A model generated the notes under the pieces. That model did not search any database. It saw nothing but the letters and a program-made list of their open reading frames with translations, and was not told the DNA's origin. Positions 24,020 to 36,595 of a DNA stretch of 64,000 nt are shown in pieces. The stretch comes from Isurus oxyrinchus. Lineage: Eukaryota. The stretch covers positions 10,788,001 through 10,852,000 of the forward strand of contig JANJGN010000016.1 of NCBI GenBank assembly GCA_026770705.1, given 5' to 3'. The position numbers were made by a program, and so were the translations under genes. Each line of letters begins with the position of its first letter. Positions within the stretch are counted from its first letter, which is position 1.

Positions 24020-25291
24020 GCGCAGAATTGTCCCAGATTTACACTAAGTGCAGTAGCGGACCGGAAAAAGGACCTTTTTTTTACCCGCTGGCCGCAATGG
24101 CGGGTTTTCACACTTTTCGTCCCAACCCTGCCTCATGAATCATGCACTTCCGGGAAACAGGCTGCTTTGCTGGTGTGGAGCCTCTGATTCACCTGCCAAG
24201 CCGTCGCCCTGTTGCGTTCTGATGTCAGGCGCCATATTTAAAGTGCAGCCGCGTGTACACCTCTCAGTTCTTCCAGCCCAGTGGCTGCTCCAAAGAAGAC
24301 ATGGCCTCGAAAGGCAAGAAGACATCAATGGGGTGCCTTCTGGACACAGTCGGAGCCCACCGCAATGTCCTCTACCCCCGCTCTGGCTGCAGGAGGGGCA
24401 TCAGTGTCACCACTCCGGCTTGGGAGGCGGTGGCAGAGGTGGTCAGTGCCAGTGCTGCACACAGGAGGTCGGCCATCCAGTGCAGAAAGAGGATGAATGA
24501 CTTCATCCATGCCGCCAGAGTAAGGCAACCATCTCATCCCTCTAAACTCACACACTCACAAGGTCATCACACATTCACTGGCATCTCACTCTCTGCCAGT
24601 CCAAGGAACATCACCACTCACTCTCTCACACACACACCCTCACATCTCCACCCGGCCTCATCTCCTCTGGAGACTGCATCCTCAGCCCTCACCCTCTTGA
24701 GGCCACTCGCACAGATCAACATTTGCCCCCAAACACGCCTTAGAATACCTTCCTTCCCAAGTAATGCAGCCTCTTCCCTTGCCTGAGGCCACTTCTCCCC
24801 CCTTCCCCAAGCAAACCCTAGCGCTGCAGCTGTTGAAAAGCCACCCCTCCGCTTTGCCACTGCTGTCATAAGTAGAGACCTGCCCGTGAGCCCCCCTCAA
24901 AGTGATGTGATGCTGTCTGTGAAGCCTGGCGCTGGTGCCTGTGATTGCTACCCAAAGCAAGGTGGGCAAACAAGCCTCAGAGTCCAGAGTGCAGTGCAGC
25001 CCGCCAGGTGCATGTTGTTTATGTCCAGTCGTGAAACGCGTTGGCCTGCAATCACGCTAACATGCCCAGATGATCCAGCGTGGGGGGGATAATTCCGACG
25101 AGCAGGGCTTGTAATGATGTATCGATGTATTAAAATGATGTTCCCGATGTCCAGTGGCGGGAAACACATCCCACCATTGATGGGCGGAGCGGTTTCATGG
25201 CGTCATGAAACTGATTTTTGGCCTTTCTGCCATCTTGTCCGCTCACACCCGCCATGACACTTGACACCAACAGGCACAAGAAATTCTGCCC
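24020..25291 (+). mobile_element. Non-autonomous Harbinger derivative retaining Myb exon 1
   Basis: ORF LLDTVGAHRNVLYPRSG...TPAWEAVAEVVSASAAHRRSAIQCRKRMNDFIHAAR then gtaag; ends gcgcagaattgtcc and gaaattctgccc; colinear with 14978-16196. Confidence 0.85.
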
Positions 25292-26449
25292 ATTGTATAA
25301 CTTGTGGTACCCACTATCCAAATTGACTCATAAGTAAAGTAAAGCCCGAGAGCAGAAAGGTCAGTGAGACATGGTCGAACCCGCACAACCTGTAAGCCTC
25401 TGAGACCCCTGAACTCTTTCTATTCTGGAGTCGAATGCATCTCCGATTCCCGTTGCCCCACCGTTGGCGTCTATTACCGGGCTCTGAGCTCAGGAATTAT
25501 CTCTTCCTTAAGATGTTGCTTAAAAATGACCTCTTTGACCAAGCTTTCACAGCGTTTCACAGAGCGATTGTCAAATGTCATTTGGGAGCAAGCTACACCG
25601 GGGGTGGGTTTTAAGAAGCGTCTGAAAGTGCAGTTCAGGGAGAGAATTCCATTTTCTTCTCACTGGACAATGCACCCCAGCAGAAGCATAATCCTCTCTA
25701 TTCTCGTGTTTACCACATGAGCTATCTCTGTCATATTGCACTGATTTGAATGGAGCCTCTTGGTGTGGGCTGAAATGGTGCTTTTGCATCAACTGCGGTG
25801 TTCTAAATTGACTGCATTCACTTTCTGCCCATTGATGATTGCCTTGCTAGATGATTTTACTGACAAGCGTTGTATGATATATCTCGGATTAATAATAGGG
25901 GACCTTCCCAGAGCACAAAACATTTCTTACATCATGGGCCCAGCACCTTGAAAGTGGTTTTCATGTTCTGAAGTATATAACTCATCATGGCTATAGCACT
26001 GACAATCTATCACTGACTCATTGATTTTCATTTTTTTTTTGCACTTTCAAAATGCACTTAGAGAAATAAAACAAGTGCTCAGGCAATTCAAACTGTCCTC
26101 TTTCCTCCAACATCTGTTTTGACTGTGTCTTCTCGATAATAATTTGTCAAAACCCTTGTGTTTTTAAAACAAATTGAGCTCGATGGCTGTTTGCGGTCAC
26201 TGAGATTTCGACAATGTTAAATTTCACCTGCATTTCTAACGTTTGTTATTAAGCCACTCATTTCACCACAAATGATAACCTTTTAAAACAAAGCTAAATA
26301 AAACCCACTCCGGGGTGTATAATCAAGCATGTCACCTAGGCTGACCTTCCGGAGCAGCACCGAGGGAAAGCTGCACTGTTGAAAGTGCCACTCTTTGAAT
26401 GAAATGCCAAATGAATGCCCATCTCTCCCTGTTTAAATGGTGATTGACT

Positions 26450-27012
26450 CAGTGAATAGAATGGTTACAGGACAGAAGGAGGCCATTTGGCCCATCGTGT
26501 CCATCCCTGCTCTCTGCAAGAACCATTCAGCTAGTCCCGCTCTCCCACCTTTTCCCTGTGAATCCTGTCATTTTTTTTTTCTTTTCAGATGATTATCCAG
26601 TTCCTCTTGAAAACCAAGATTGAATCTGCATCTGCCACACTCTCAGGGAGTGCATTTCAGATCCTAATTACTCACTGCGCAAAGATATTTTTTCTCATGT
26701 CGCCTCTTGGCTCTTTTGCCGTTCACCTTGAATCAGCGTCCTCTGGACATTGACCCTTCCGCCAATGGGAACAATTTCTCCCTATCTACTCAGTCCAGAC
26801 CCCTCATGATTTTGAACACCTCTATCAAATCTCCTCTCAACCTTCTCCTCTCCAGGGAGAACAGCCCGGGCTTCTCCAATCTACCCGTGTAACTGAAGAC
26901 CCTCACCCCTGGAATCATTCTTGTAAATCTTTTCTGCACTGTCTCTAATGCCTTCATATCCTTCCTACAGTGTAGTGCCCATAACTGGGCACAATACTCC
27001 AGCTGAGGCCAA
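26450..27012 (-). mobile_element. CR1 3' fragment (duplicated at 27405-27888)
   Basis: PQLEYCAQLWALHCRKDMKALETVQKRFTRMIPG...GLFSLERRRLRGDLIEVFKIM. Confidence 0.9.
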
Positions 27013-28283
27013 GGCATTAATTGAAGGTCAACAGGCAGGTTTCCTGGCATTCAGACCAACATACATGTGAACAAACATGCAAAATAGAGCTGGAGTTGGC
27101 CATTGATGCACCTTTCCCAACTAGATATCAGCATAAAGAAAGTTTGGCTCATCATACATTTTGTTGAATGAGTGAAATTCATTCATTTCTGATGCAATCG
27201 ACCTGAAATGCTATCTCTCTCCAAGATACCGCCTGATCTGTCGAGTGTTTCCAACTTTGCTGTTTTTATTTTAGTCATTTATTTTGCTGTTGGATCCTTG
27301 CTTCGTACAAAATGCAACTGGCACACATGCCAATTGGAGTCACCACACTTCAAAAAGCAATCCATTACGTGCAAGAGGAGCTGTGATGTTTTCAAGAGGG
27401 GGGTGCTAGTCCCGCTCTCCCACCTTTTCCCTGTGAGTCCTGTCATTTTTTTTTTCTTTTCAGATGATTATCCAGTTCCTCTTGAAAACCATGATTGAAT
27501 CTGCATCTGCCACACTCTCAGGGAGTGCATTTCAGATCCTAATTACTCACTGCGCAAAAGATATTTTTTCTCATGTCGCCTCTTGGCTCTTTTGCCGTTC
27601 ACCTTGAATCAGCGTCCTCTGGACATTGACCCTTCCGCCAATGGGAACAATTTCTCCCTATCTACTCAGTCCAGACCCCTCATGATTTTGAACACCTCTA
27701 TCAAATCTCCTCTCAACCTTCTCCTCTCCAGGGAGAACAGCCCGGGCTTCTCCAATCTACCCATGTAACTGAAGACCCTCACCCCTGGAATCATTCTCGT
27801 AAATCTTTTCTGCACTGTCTCTAATGCCTTCATATCCTTCCTACAGTGTAGTGCCCATAACTCGGCACAATACTCCAGCTGAGGCCAAGACATTAATTGA
27901 AGGTCAACAGGCAGGTTTCCTGGCATTCAGACCAACATACATGTGAACAAACATGCAAAATAGAGCTGGAGTTGGCCATTGATGCACCTTTCCCAACTAG
28001 ATATCAGCATAAAGAAAGTTTGGCTCATCATACATTTTGTTGAATGAGTGAAATTCATTCATTTCTGATGCAATCGACCTGAAATGCTATCTCTCTCCAA
28101 GATACCGCCTGATCTGTCGAGTGTTTCCAACTTTGCTGTTTTTATTTTAGTCATTTATTTTGCTGTTGGATCCTTGCTTCGTACAAAATGCAACTGGCAC
28201 ACATGCCAATTGGAGTCACCACACTTCAAAAAGCAATCCATTACGTGCAAGAGGATCTGCGATGTTTTCAAGAGGGGGGTGCT
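26530..28283 (+). repeat. Tandem duplication, two copies of about 876 bp
   Basis: Copies 26530-27404 and 27405-28283; ORFs recur at +876; roughly 10 differences; gct microhomology at the junction. Confidence 0.95.
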
Positions 28284-29780
28284 TTAGAGATGCAAACCTT
28301 TCCTAAATGCAGAATGTGCCTGGTGTCCTAAAAGTGGCACTGCCTTGCATCGCATGGAATATTCTGTGACGGCATCTCCAAAATCCTGACCTCCGCCAAC
28401 TGGAAGGGCAAGGATAGCAGGTGCAAGGGAGCACCATCCCCTACAGGGGATGCTGCCTGTGGTGTGAACCCAGGAGTTTGATTCTTGAGCATTGACAGGT
28501 TATTCAGCCAGAGGCTTCATGACCTGGGCGACTCTCCCCCACCTCCCCACCCTCTCCCAATCCAAGGGACATCCACTGTCCAGCAGAGTTCCCAGAATAG
28601 TGACTGGCAGCTGAATTTCCTTGGGCAAAACTAAACAGAACAGATCTCTTCAATTAACTCAGTAGAAATCCGGGATTGAAGATAGAATCCTTCTGGTCTG
28701 CATGGACCAGTCCATCAACGGGGCCCCAAATAGAGTGGTTGTGAGGAGAGGGCGGGGGTGGAAGAAGGGTGTAGGTTGTTGGGGAGCGGGGTGGGGGGGG
28801 GGAAGGACTATGGGGCACCTGATTTATGTTGGCACTGAGAAAGGTGCCAACCGAAAAATGGCCAAAGCACATTTTTAACAAGAACAGAGCCGCGGGAGCT
28901 GTATTAAAGAACCTTATTATCTCATTGAAGAGAAAGGGAGAGAGGTTTTAATGAAAGAATTCATCCCCCGCGAACGTCCTTTCAGTACTGCCGAACTACC
29001 TCCAAAAAGTAAAACAAGAAAAAGATTGGCTCCCGTTGCTGCAAGATTTGCGAAAACCAGAAGAAAGAGACGTAAAATTAGTCAGCAACGGATATCATTT
29101 ATCTTGTCACTATGCTATGCCATGAGTAAACGTTTGCTGAAAATGAGCCTTTCAAATCCTTTAGATTCCAGGATTAGGATGATGGGAAGATGTCTCCTGG
29201 GAGACCAGCCTGAAAATACCAAAGATCTGAAACAGTGTCTGCTGATACTCAAGAAGACAAACGGTGGGGGCAGCACCCTATTCACACCCAGCAACTTAAC
29301 GGCGCAGTTTAATCACTGTGCAGTTAATTAATTAATGTTGAGCACCCAGGCAGCCAGCCAGCACAGCAAAGGCAGGGGATGGGGTTGGGGGTGGGGGTGG
29401 GGGGGGGGGGTTACCTCTTTCGAGGGGTTAGGGTTCAAGGGTCGTGGCTAAATTACATTCAGACAATACTTTGACCTTTCAGAAGAAAAGGACTGGAACA
29501 AAAAGTGACACAGAATAGAAACGTCTCTACCAAGTATCAGCCAGCTCTCCTAATTGCCTCTCACATCAGATATTCACAAGCAAAACTGAGCACTCATTAC
29601 TGGAGTATTTAAAGCTGTTCAGCTGCACACTGGTCATTTTTCAAAGCCATGCATTTTCTGCTGCTTGCCCATTAGTGAAAATTGCTGGGAAAATTGTTAC
29701 TATTCAGCTGATATCTAAACGACTGTGAGCGCTGAATAGTGTTTACCCAAACCTACATTTTTTTCCTATTCTTTTGTGGG

Positions 29781-29855
29781 GGGGGGCAGAGGGGTGGGGG
29801 GCAGAGGCGTGGGGGGCAGAGGCGTGGGGGGCAGAGGCGAGGGGGGCAGAGGCGT
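29781..29855 (+). repeat. 15-bp G-rich minisatellite (ggggggcagaggcgt), 5 copies
   Basis: Direct reading. Confidence 0.95.
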
Positions 29856-30002
29856 GGGGGGGGTGGGGAACCGGTCAGAATACGATTGGCTGAGATACAC
29901 TCGAGGCACTTTCACAGAGCACTGCATACTTTTCCCGTGCTGACTGCGTTCTTAAATATAAATAGCCTGGACTTCAGAGAGCGGATGAACTTGTAGATCG
30001 AC

Positions 30003-30392
30003 AGGGGAGGCAGTGGCAAAGCGGTGTGATGACCATTGTCGATTGTTGTAAAAACCCATCTGCTCACTAATGTCCTTTCGGGAAGGAAATCTGCCATCCT
30101 TACCTGGTCTGGCCTACACGTGACTCCAGACCCACAGCAACGCGGTTGACTCTTAAATGCCCTCTGAAATGGCCCAGCAAGCCACTCAGTTTCACCACCA
30201 GCTTCTTAAGGGCAATTAGGGATGGGCAAAAAATGTTGGTCAACAGTGACCACACTTCAAAAAGTATTTCATTGGCTGTAAAGCACTTTGAGACATCCAG
30301 TGATCACGAAAAGTGCTATATAAATGCAAGTCTTTCTTTACTTTCTCCTCTAGGAGTGGGGCTAGCGATGCCCACATCCAATTAATAATAAA
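30003..30392 (+). mobile_element. tRNA-SINE carrying a 118-bp inverted insert
   Basis: ggaaggaaatctgccatccttacctggtctggcctacacgtgactccagacc...; tail interrupted at 30241-30358. Confidence 0.85.
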
Positions 30393-30790
30393 GAGATATA
30401 AAAGAACCTACAGACCTGCTATGGGACTTCATCATCCACATTTCTTATAGTCTGATCATAGGGAGCTGGGCCCTTGACATGGACCTGCAGCTTAAAAGGA
30501 TAGTGGGTGCATGGTAGTATTATAACCTCAAAATCACACACCTTCCCAACTTGAGCATATATCACCCATTCTTTCATCCTTACTGGGTTCAAATTCTGGG
30601 ACTGCCTGTCATGGTGGGATTTGAACTGCTGTTGCCAGAGTATTAGCTCGAGACTCTGAATGATTAGTTCAGTGACAATACAAATGTTCCACCATCTCCC
30701 TAAACTATCCAAGACCATAGACCATGAGTGTTTCAGTGATACTCAATTGCAGCGGGCACCACAGGTGGGCCTGATCCAATCTTAACCTCA

Positions 30791-30997
30791 AAGAAAACTG
30801 CGGATGCTGGAAATCCAAAACAAAAACAGAATTACCTGGAAAAACTCAGCAGGTCTGGCAGCATCGGCGGAGAAGAAAAGAGTTGACGTTTCGAGTCCTT
30901 CTGTCGAAGGGTCATGAGGACTCGAAATGTCAACTCTTTTCTTCTCCGCCGATGCTGCCAGACCTGCTGAGTTTTTCCAGGTAATTCTGTTTTTGTT
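30791..30997. mobile_element. Short palindromic Penelope-derived insertion
   Basis: Inverted arms around a 17-bp spacer (30900-30916); perfect 16-bp TSD tccaatcttaacctca at 30775-30790 and 30998-31013; hammerhead motif at 30899-30935 on plus. Confidence 0.95.
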
Positions 30998-31049
30998 TCC
31001 AATCTTAACCTCACTTGGCTTCCAAACCAGTGCCTCACTCCTAGAGGAG

Positions 31050-31310
31050 AAAGTAAAGAAAGACTTGCATTTATATAGCACTTTTCGTGATCACTGGATG
31101 TCTCAAAGTGCTTTACAGCCAATGAAATACTTTTTGAAGTGTGGTCACTGTTGTAATGTAGGAAACACAGTACCTAATTTGCACACAGCAAGCTCCCACA
31201 GACAACAATGTGATAATGATCAGATAATCTGTTTCTTTTGTGATGTTGATTGAGAGACAAATGTAGGCCTGAACTCCGGGGAAAACTCCCCTGCCCTTCT
31301 TGGGGTATTT
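31050..31310 (-). mobile_element. Deu-SINE 3' half
   Basis: aaagacttgcatttatatagcac...ctttacagccaatgaaatactttttgaagtgtggtcactgttgtaatgtaggaaa. Confidence 0.85.
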
Positions 31311-31349
31311 TATTCCATTGAAGATATTATATAAATGCAGAGGCTAGTT

Positions 31350-31942
31350 CAGACGCTTGGAATCACGCGGTGAGTAACTCACCTCCTGACTCCCCAAAGC
31401 CTCTCCACCATCTACAGGGCACAAGTCAGGTGTGTGACAGAATCCTCTCCGTTTGCCTGGATGAGTGAAGCTCCAACAATATTCAAGAAGCTCGACACAA
31501 AATAGGACAAAGCAGCCCATTCAATTGGCACCCCATCCACACAACATTCACTCCTTCCACCACCGACTAACAGTGGCAGCAGTGTGTGTACCATCTACAA
31601 GATGCACTGCAGGAACTCACCAAGGCTTCTTAGGCAGCACCTTCCAAACCCACGACCACTACCATCTAGAAGGACAAGGGCAGCAGATACATGGGAACAT
31701 CACCACCTAGAAGTTCCTCTCCAAGCCACTCACCATCCTGACTTCAAACTATATTGCCATTTCTTCACTGTCACTCTGTCAAAATCCTGGAACACTCCAT
31801 AACAGTACTGTGCACATACCTACACCACATGGATTGTAATGGTTCAAGAAGGCAGCTCAACACCACTTTCTCAAGGGCAATTAGAGATGGGCAATAATTA
31901 CTAGCCTAGCCAGTGATGCCCACATCTCATAAATGAATAAAA
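31350..31942 (+). mobile_element. CR1/L2-group LINE 3' fragment
   Basis: CTIYKMHCRNSPRLLRQHLPNPRPLPSRRTRAA plus the shared tail. Confidence 0.9.
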
Positions 31943-32080
31943 TATGTTCCTGTTAGCCTACACAGATGAGTGCTGCTCCAAATTCTTCCATCACTCAACA
32001 AAGTGTTGGGAAGTGTCTCTGCTGATGTTTATTAATATTGTAATTTATGTAGTTCTTTTGTCCAAGGTGAGTGACTTCAA

Positions 32081-33453
32081 GGGAAAATGTTAGAGTCTAT
32101 TATAAAGAATGTAATAGCAGAGCATTTAGAAATGCATAATATAATCAAGCAGACTCAGCATGGCTTCATGAAGGGGAAATCGTGCCTGATAAATTTATTA
32201 AAATTCTCTGAGAAGGTAACAAGCAGGGTAGATACAGAGGGACCAGTGGATGTAATATATTTGGATTTTCAAAATGCATTCGATAAGGTGCAGCATATAA
32301 GGCTATTTAATAAGGTAAGAACCCATGGTGTTGGGGGTAGTATATTAGCATGGATAGAGGGTTGGCTAACTAATAGAAGACAGAAAGTTGGGATAAGGGG
32401 GGGCATTTTCAGGATGGCAACCTGTAACTAGTGGAGTGCCACAGGGATCAGTGCTGGGGCCACAATTATTTACAATGTATATTAATGACTTGGATAAAGG
32501 AAGTGAATGTACCATCACCAAATTTGCAGATGACACAAAAATAGGTGGGAAGGCAAGTGGTGAGGATGGCACAAAGAGTCTACAGAGGGATATGGACAGG
32601 TTAAGTAAGGGGCAAAAACTGGGCAGATAGAATATAATAGAGGAAAATGTGAGGTTATGCACTTTGGCAGGGAGAATAGAGGAGCTGAATATATTTAAAT
32701 GGGGAAAGACTGCAGAAAGCTGCAGCACAGAGGGATTTGGGTGTCCTCATGCATGAATCACAAAAGGCTAGCATACAAGTTCAGCAGGTAATAGAGAAGG
32801 CAAATGAAATGTTGGCCTTTATTCCAAAGGGAATGGAGTATAAAAATAGGGAAGTCTTGCTAAAACTATACAAGGCACTAATTAGACCGCACCTAGAATA
32901 CTGTGAACAGTTTTGGTCTCCTTATCTAAGGAAAGATATACTGGCATTAGAGACAGTCCAGAGAAGGTTCACTAGGTTGATCCTGGGTATGGAGGGATTT
33001 CTTATGAGAAGAGCTAGAGTAGGTTGGGCCTGTACTCATTGGTGTTTAGAAGAATGAGAAGGTGACACTAATGAAACATATAAGATTCTTAGGGAGCTTG
33101 ACAGGGTAGATGCTGAGAGGTTGTTTTCCCTTGTGGGAGAGTCTAGGACCAGAGGGCATAATCTCAGAGTAAGGGGGCACCCATTTAAGACAGAAATGAG
33201 GGGGAATTTCTTCACTCAGAGGGTAGTGAATCTGTGGAATTCTTTACCACAGAGGGCTGTAGAGGCTGGGTCATTACGTATATTCGAGGTTGAGATAGAC
33301 AGATTTTTAATCAGTAAGGGAATCAAAGATTATGGGGAAAAGGCAGGAAAGTGAAGTTGAGGATTATCAGATCAGCCATGATCTCATTGAATGGCGGAGC
33401 AGACTCGATGGGCAGGGTAGCCTACTTCTGTTCCTACATCTTATAGTCTTATG
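32081..33453 (+). mobile_element. CR1 (HER1-like) LINE, RT and 3' end
   Basis: [50 protein letters not shown]; tail ...ctacatcttatagtcttatg. Confidence 0.95.
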
Positions 33454-34029
33454 GAGTGGTCTGGAAGCTATGCTTGATGGCATAACAGAAGACTCTGCCA
33501 TCTAGGATACACATAAGGTACACAGATAAAGTGTAAACCAATGCAAATAAAACCCCGATATGTGAGAGCATCTGGTTAGATTTAAAAAGGATGGCATTTG
33601 AAAACATGAAAGCATGGAGACCAGAGGCAGTTAGTTATCTGTCATTTAAAGGACCCTTATATCTACAGACTGTCAAATTGTATATACTGTACTTAGCTTA
33701 AAATATCAGCATTATTTAAACACTCATCTCTTCAAATTCCTTCAAAATCTAATAGGGTGCATTTTTGACTTTAATAACCTGTTAACTCAAATAAGGCATA
33801 TACATTTAGCAGGTGTTGGCTTATGGTCGAATAGGATTTCACATAGGCTGCCAAGTACTATTAATACATAGCTCTGTGTGATGTTCTTTTAATCTGGACG
33901 ACACTTGCCTCCATACCAGAGAAAAGCTGTTGTAAGTATCACCTCCTTGAGATTTATTCTGTTGGTGCAGGGCCAAGACAGGACCATAGTCAGAAAATAA
34001 AATACAAAACAGAAAGCCTTGCCCCATTC

Positions 34030-34400
34030 TCGTCTGAGGATATCCCAAAGCGCGTTACAGTAAGTGAAGTACTCGGTGAAATGTGGTCACTGTTGTAATG
34101 TAGGAAATGCAGCAGACAATAAGCTCGACAAACAGCAATGCGATAACGTTCGGATAATCTATGTTTTTTTTTCAAGTGACTGGCCAGGACTTGGAGAGAA
34201 CTTGCCTGCTCTTTTTCAAAACAGTGTCGTTGGCACCTTTCACATCCACCGCAGAGGGCAGATGGGACCTTTGTCTAACGTCTCATCTGAACGACAGGCC
34301 CTCCAGTGGTGCGGCTGTCCCTCAGCACTGCATTGTGAATGTCACTCTGGATTTTGAACTTGAGCGTTTGGAGTCCTTCACACTCAGAGATCAGAGGGCT
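34030..34400 (-). mobile_element. Deu-SINE
   Basis: cccaaagcgcgttacag...tctaacgtctcatctgaacgacaggccctccagtgg...ctcagcactgca. Confidence 0.8.
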
Positions 34401-34914
34401 AGCAGAAATGTGAATCTTCATTCGCAATTGTTTTCTCACTAGGGTTGAGAGTAATGCAAAAAATCTTTCTGTCAGAATTGCCAGCATTGCAGCTGATCTT
34501 TAAAATGCTTCTGACTCTATTTCTCTTCCCTCCTCCTTCTCTTCCCTGCTCTTTTGGATGTATCAATCTTGAAATTCAGCTGCATCTAAAAATGGGAGAC
34601 GGGTCCCCTCAAGACGTTAAATGAGCTAGCCAATGTACTGTCCTACCACATGAGCATGTCAACCTTATTCTACACGGCAGGCATTGCACATTTCAGCTGG
34701 AAATGCTCGCAATCCTCCCTGCCCATCTTGTTGGAGGCCAAGGAGGCCTTTGAGTGCCCTCAAAAATGGTGAATATTCAGCCTACTTAAATGAGGCAGGC
34801 ATTGCATCCGAGTCACCACGCAGTAGGAAACACATTGATCTTGGATTAAGGCAGCTGGTCCCAAGGAAAACATTCAACCAGAGTTGGCAACCCATATGTA
34901 CAAGCAAGATGGCA

Positions 34915-35250
34915 AGTTGGTGGCGTAGTGGTAATGTTACCAGCCTAGTAATCCTGAGTCCCAGGCTACTGCTCTGGACCATGGCAGCTGGTGGAATTTA
35001 GCTTCAATTAATAAATCGGGAATATAAACCTAATGGTGACCATGACAACTATCATTGACTGTTGTAAAAACCTATCTAGTGGAAGAAATCTGACATCCTT
35101 ACTTGGCCTACATGTGATTCCAGACCCAAAGCAATGCTTCGACTCTTAACTGGCCTCTGAAATGGCTGAGCAAGCCTCTCAGTTCAAGGGGTAATGGACA
35201 ACAAATACTGGCCATGTCAGCAACGCCCACAGCCAGTGAAAGAATTATAA
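34915..35250 (+). mobile_element. tRNA-SINE with LINE-shared tail
   Basis: A box tggcgtagtgg; ggaagaaatctgacatccttac; tail agggtaatggacaacaaatactggcc-like. Confidence 0.8.
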
Positions 35251-36344
35251 AAAATATCATCAGCAGTTTGTTTGCAGTACCCAGTTTTAAACAAAACATT
35301 ACAATATTTGCACTTCTGCTCCTGTTAACCTCTAACTGATGAATAATAATGCCACACTCCTGGCTAGACTCTTCAGGGAGGTAACAATGCAAAAAAAGAA
35401 TCCAACTTATTTTCCTTAAAGTCATTAGAACTCAGAAACAAACTGTTGACTTTGATTTGCGAGACAGCAAACGTTGTCATTCTATTGAACTGCACCTTAG
35501 GGGCAAGTTAAACAACTTTCCATCATTCAGCATTATTATTCCACTTGTGCATATCCTGACTTGATATTGCATTGACTTATACCTCCTCGATGAAAAAAAT
35601 CAAACAAAGCCTTAGCAGTTCGCTCGGTGATGAAGAGTTTCATTGTATTGTGAATTCAAAGTCACATTGCAGGAAATGGACAAAAATCAAACTGTGCTTT
35701 GGGGCATATATGTTATAATACAGACGCATATATTTTATCTAAAGCATCTTGACCCCAACAGGACAAATGGTTTGGAATTAAACAGCGTAAGAAAATGTGA
35801 CCTCAAGGAATGCCTGAAGAGTTCTCATTATTCTAAAGACAGGCAGGTCTTGAATTTTAAATCACTTGACACCTATAGAAACCAAGGCTCATATTTCACA
35901 TTTTGTTTGCTTGTTTCAGTTGACTAAAGCTAGGGTAAATATAGGCGGAAGCTAAAATTCTTGGGGGCAATTTTTAATGGGAGGTCAATTATCAGAGGAG
36001 CTGGGGCAGGAAAATAAAGGGATTTGGGGCCAGGGAGAGCATGTAGGATTGGTAAAATTGTGTGTGTGGAGGATGGACACCTAGCACGGGCTGGATGAGC
36101 AAAATCATTTGTTTCCATATTGTAATTTCTTTGTACTTCCAACTCTCACCCTGATTTTTGTGCACATGATAGCTTAGTTATTTATGCTTTTAATATAGTG
36201 ATTGATGATGGGGCTTTTATTTGAAAAGGTGGTTGAAAATCAAATTGAACAGCATTGTGAAGTGGAAAAGTCTTCAGATGCATTAGAGTACATTATCCGC
36301 TTGATAAAGTGCTATTTTGCATTGCATAATTGTGAAATTCAATT

Positions 36345-36595
36345 TTTTTTATTCATTCATGGGATATGGGGATTGCTCGCTTGGCCAGCATTTATTGCCC
36401 ATTGCTAATTGCCCTTGAGAAGGTGGTGGTGAGCCATCTTCTTGAACCGATGCTGTCCATGTGATATAGGTACACTGACTGTGCTGTTATAAAGGGAGTT
36501 TTAGGATTTTTCCCCAAGTGACAGTGAAGGAATAGCATTACAGTACCAAGTCAGGATGGTGTGTGGCTTGGAGGGGGACTTACAGGTGATTGTGT
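36345..36595 (-). mobile_element. CR1/L2-group LINE 3' end
   Basis: ccagcatttattgcccattgctaattgcccttgagaaggtggtggtgagc. Confidence 0.85.

Noticed and set aside
28951-29331. 126-aa basic ORF
   Set aside because: No recognisable domain; the K/R bias follows from the purine tract.
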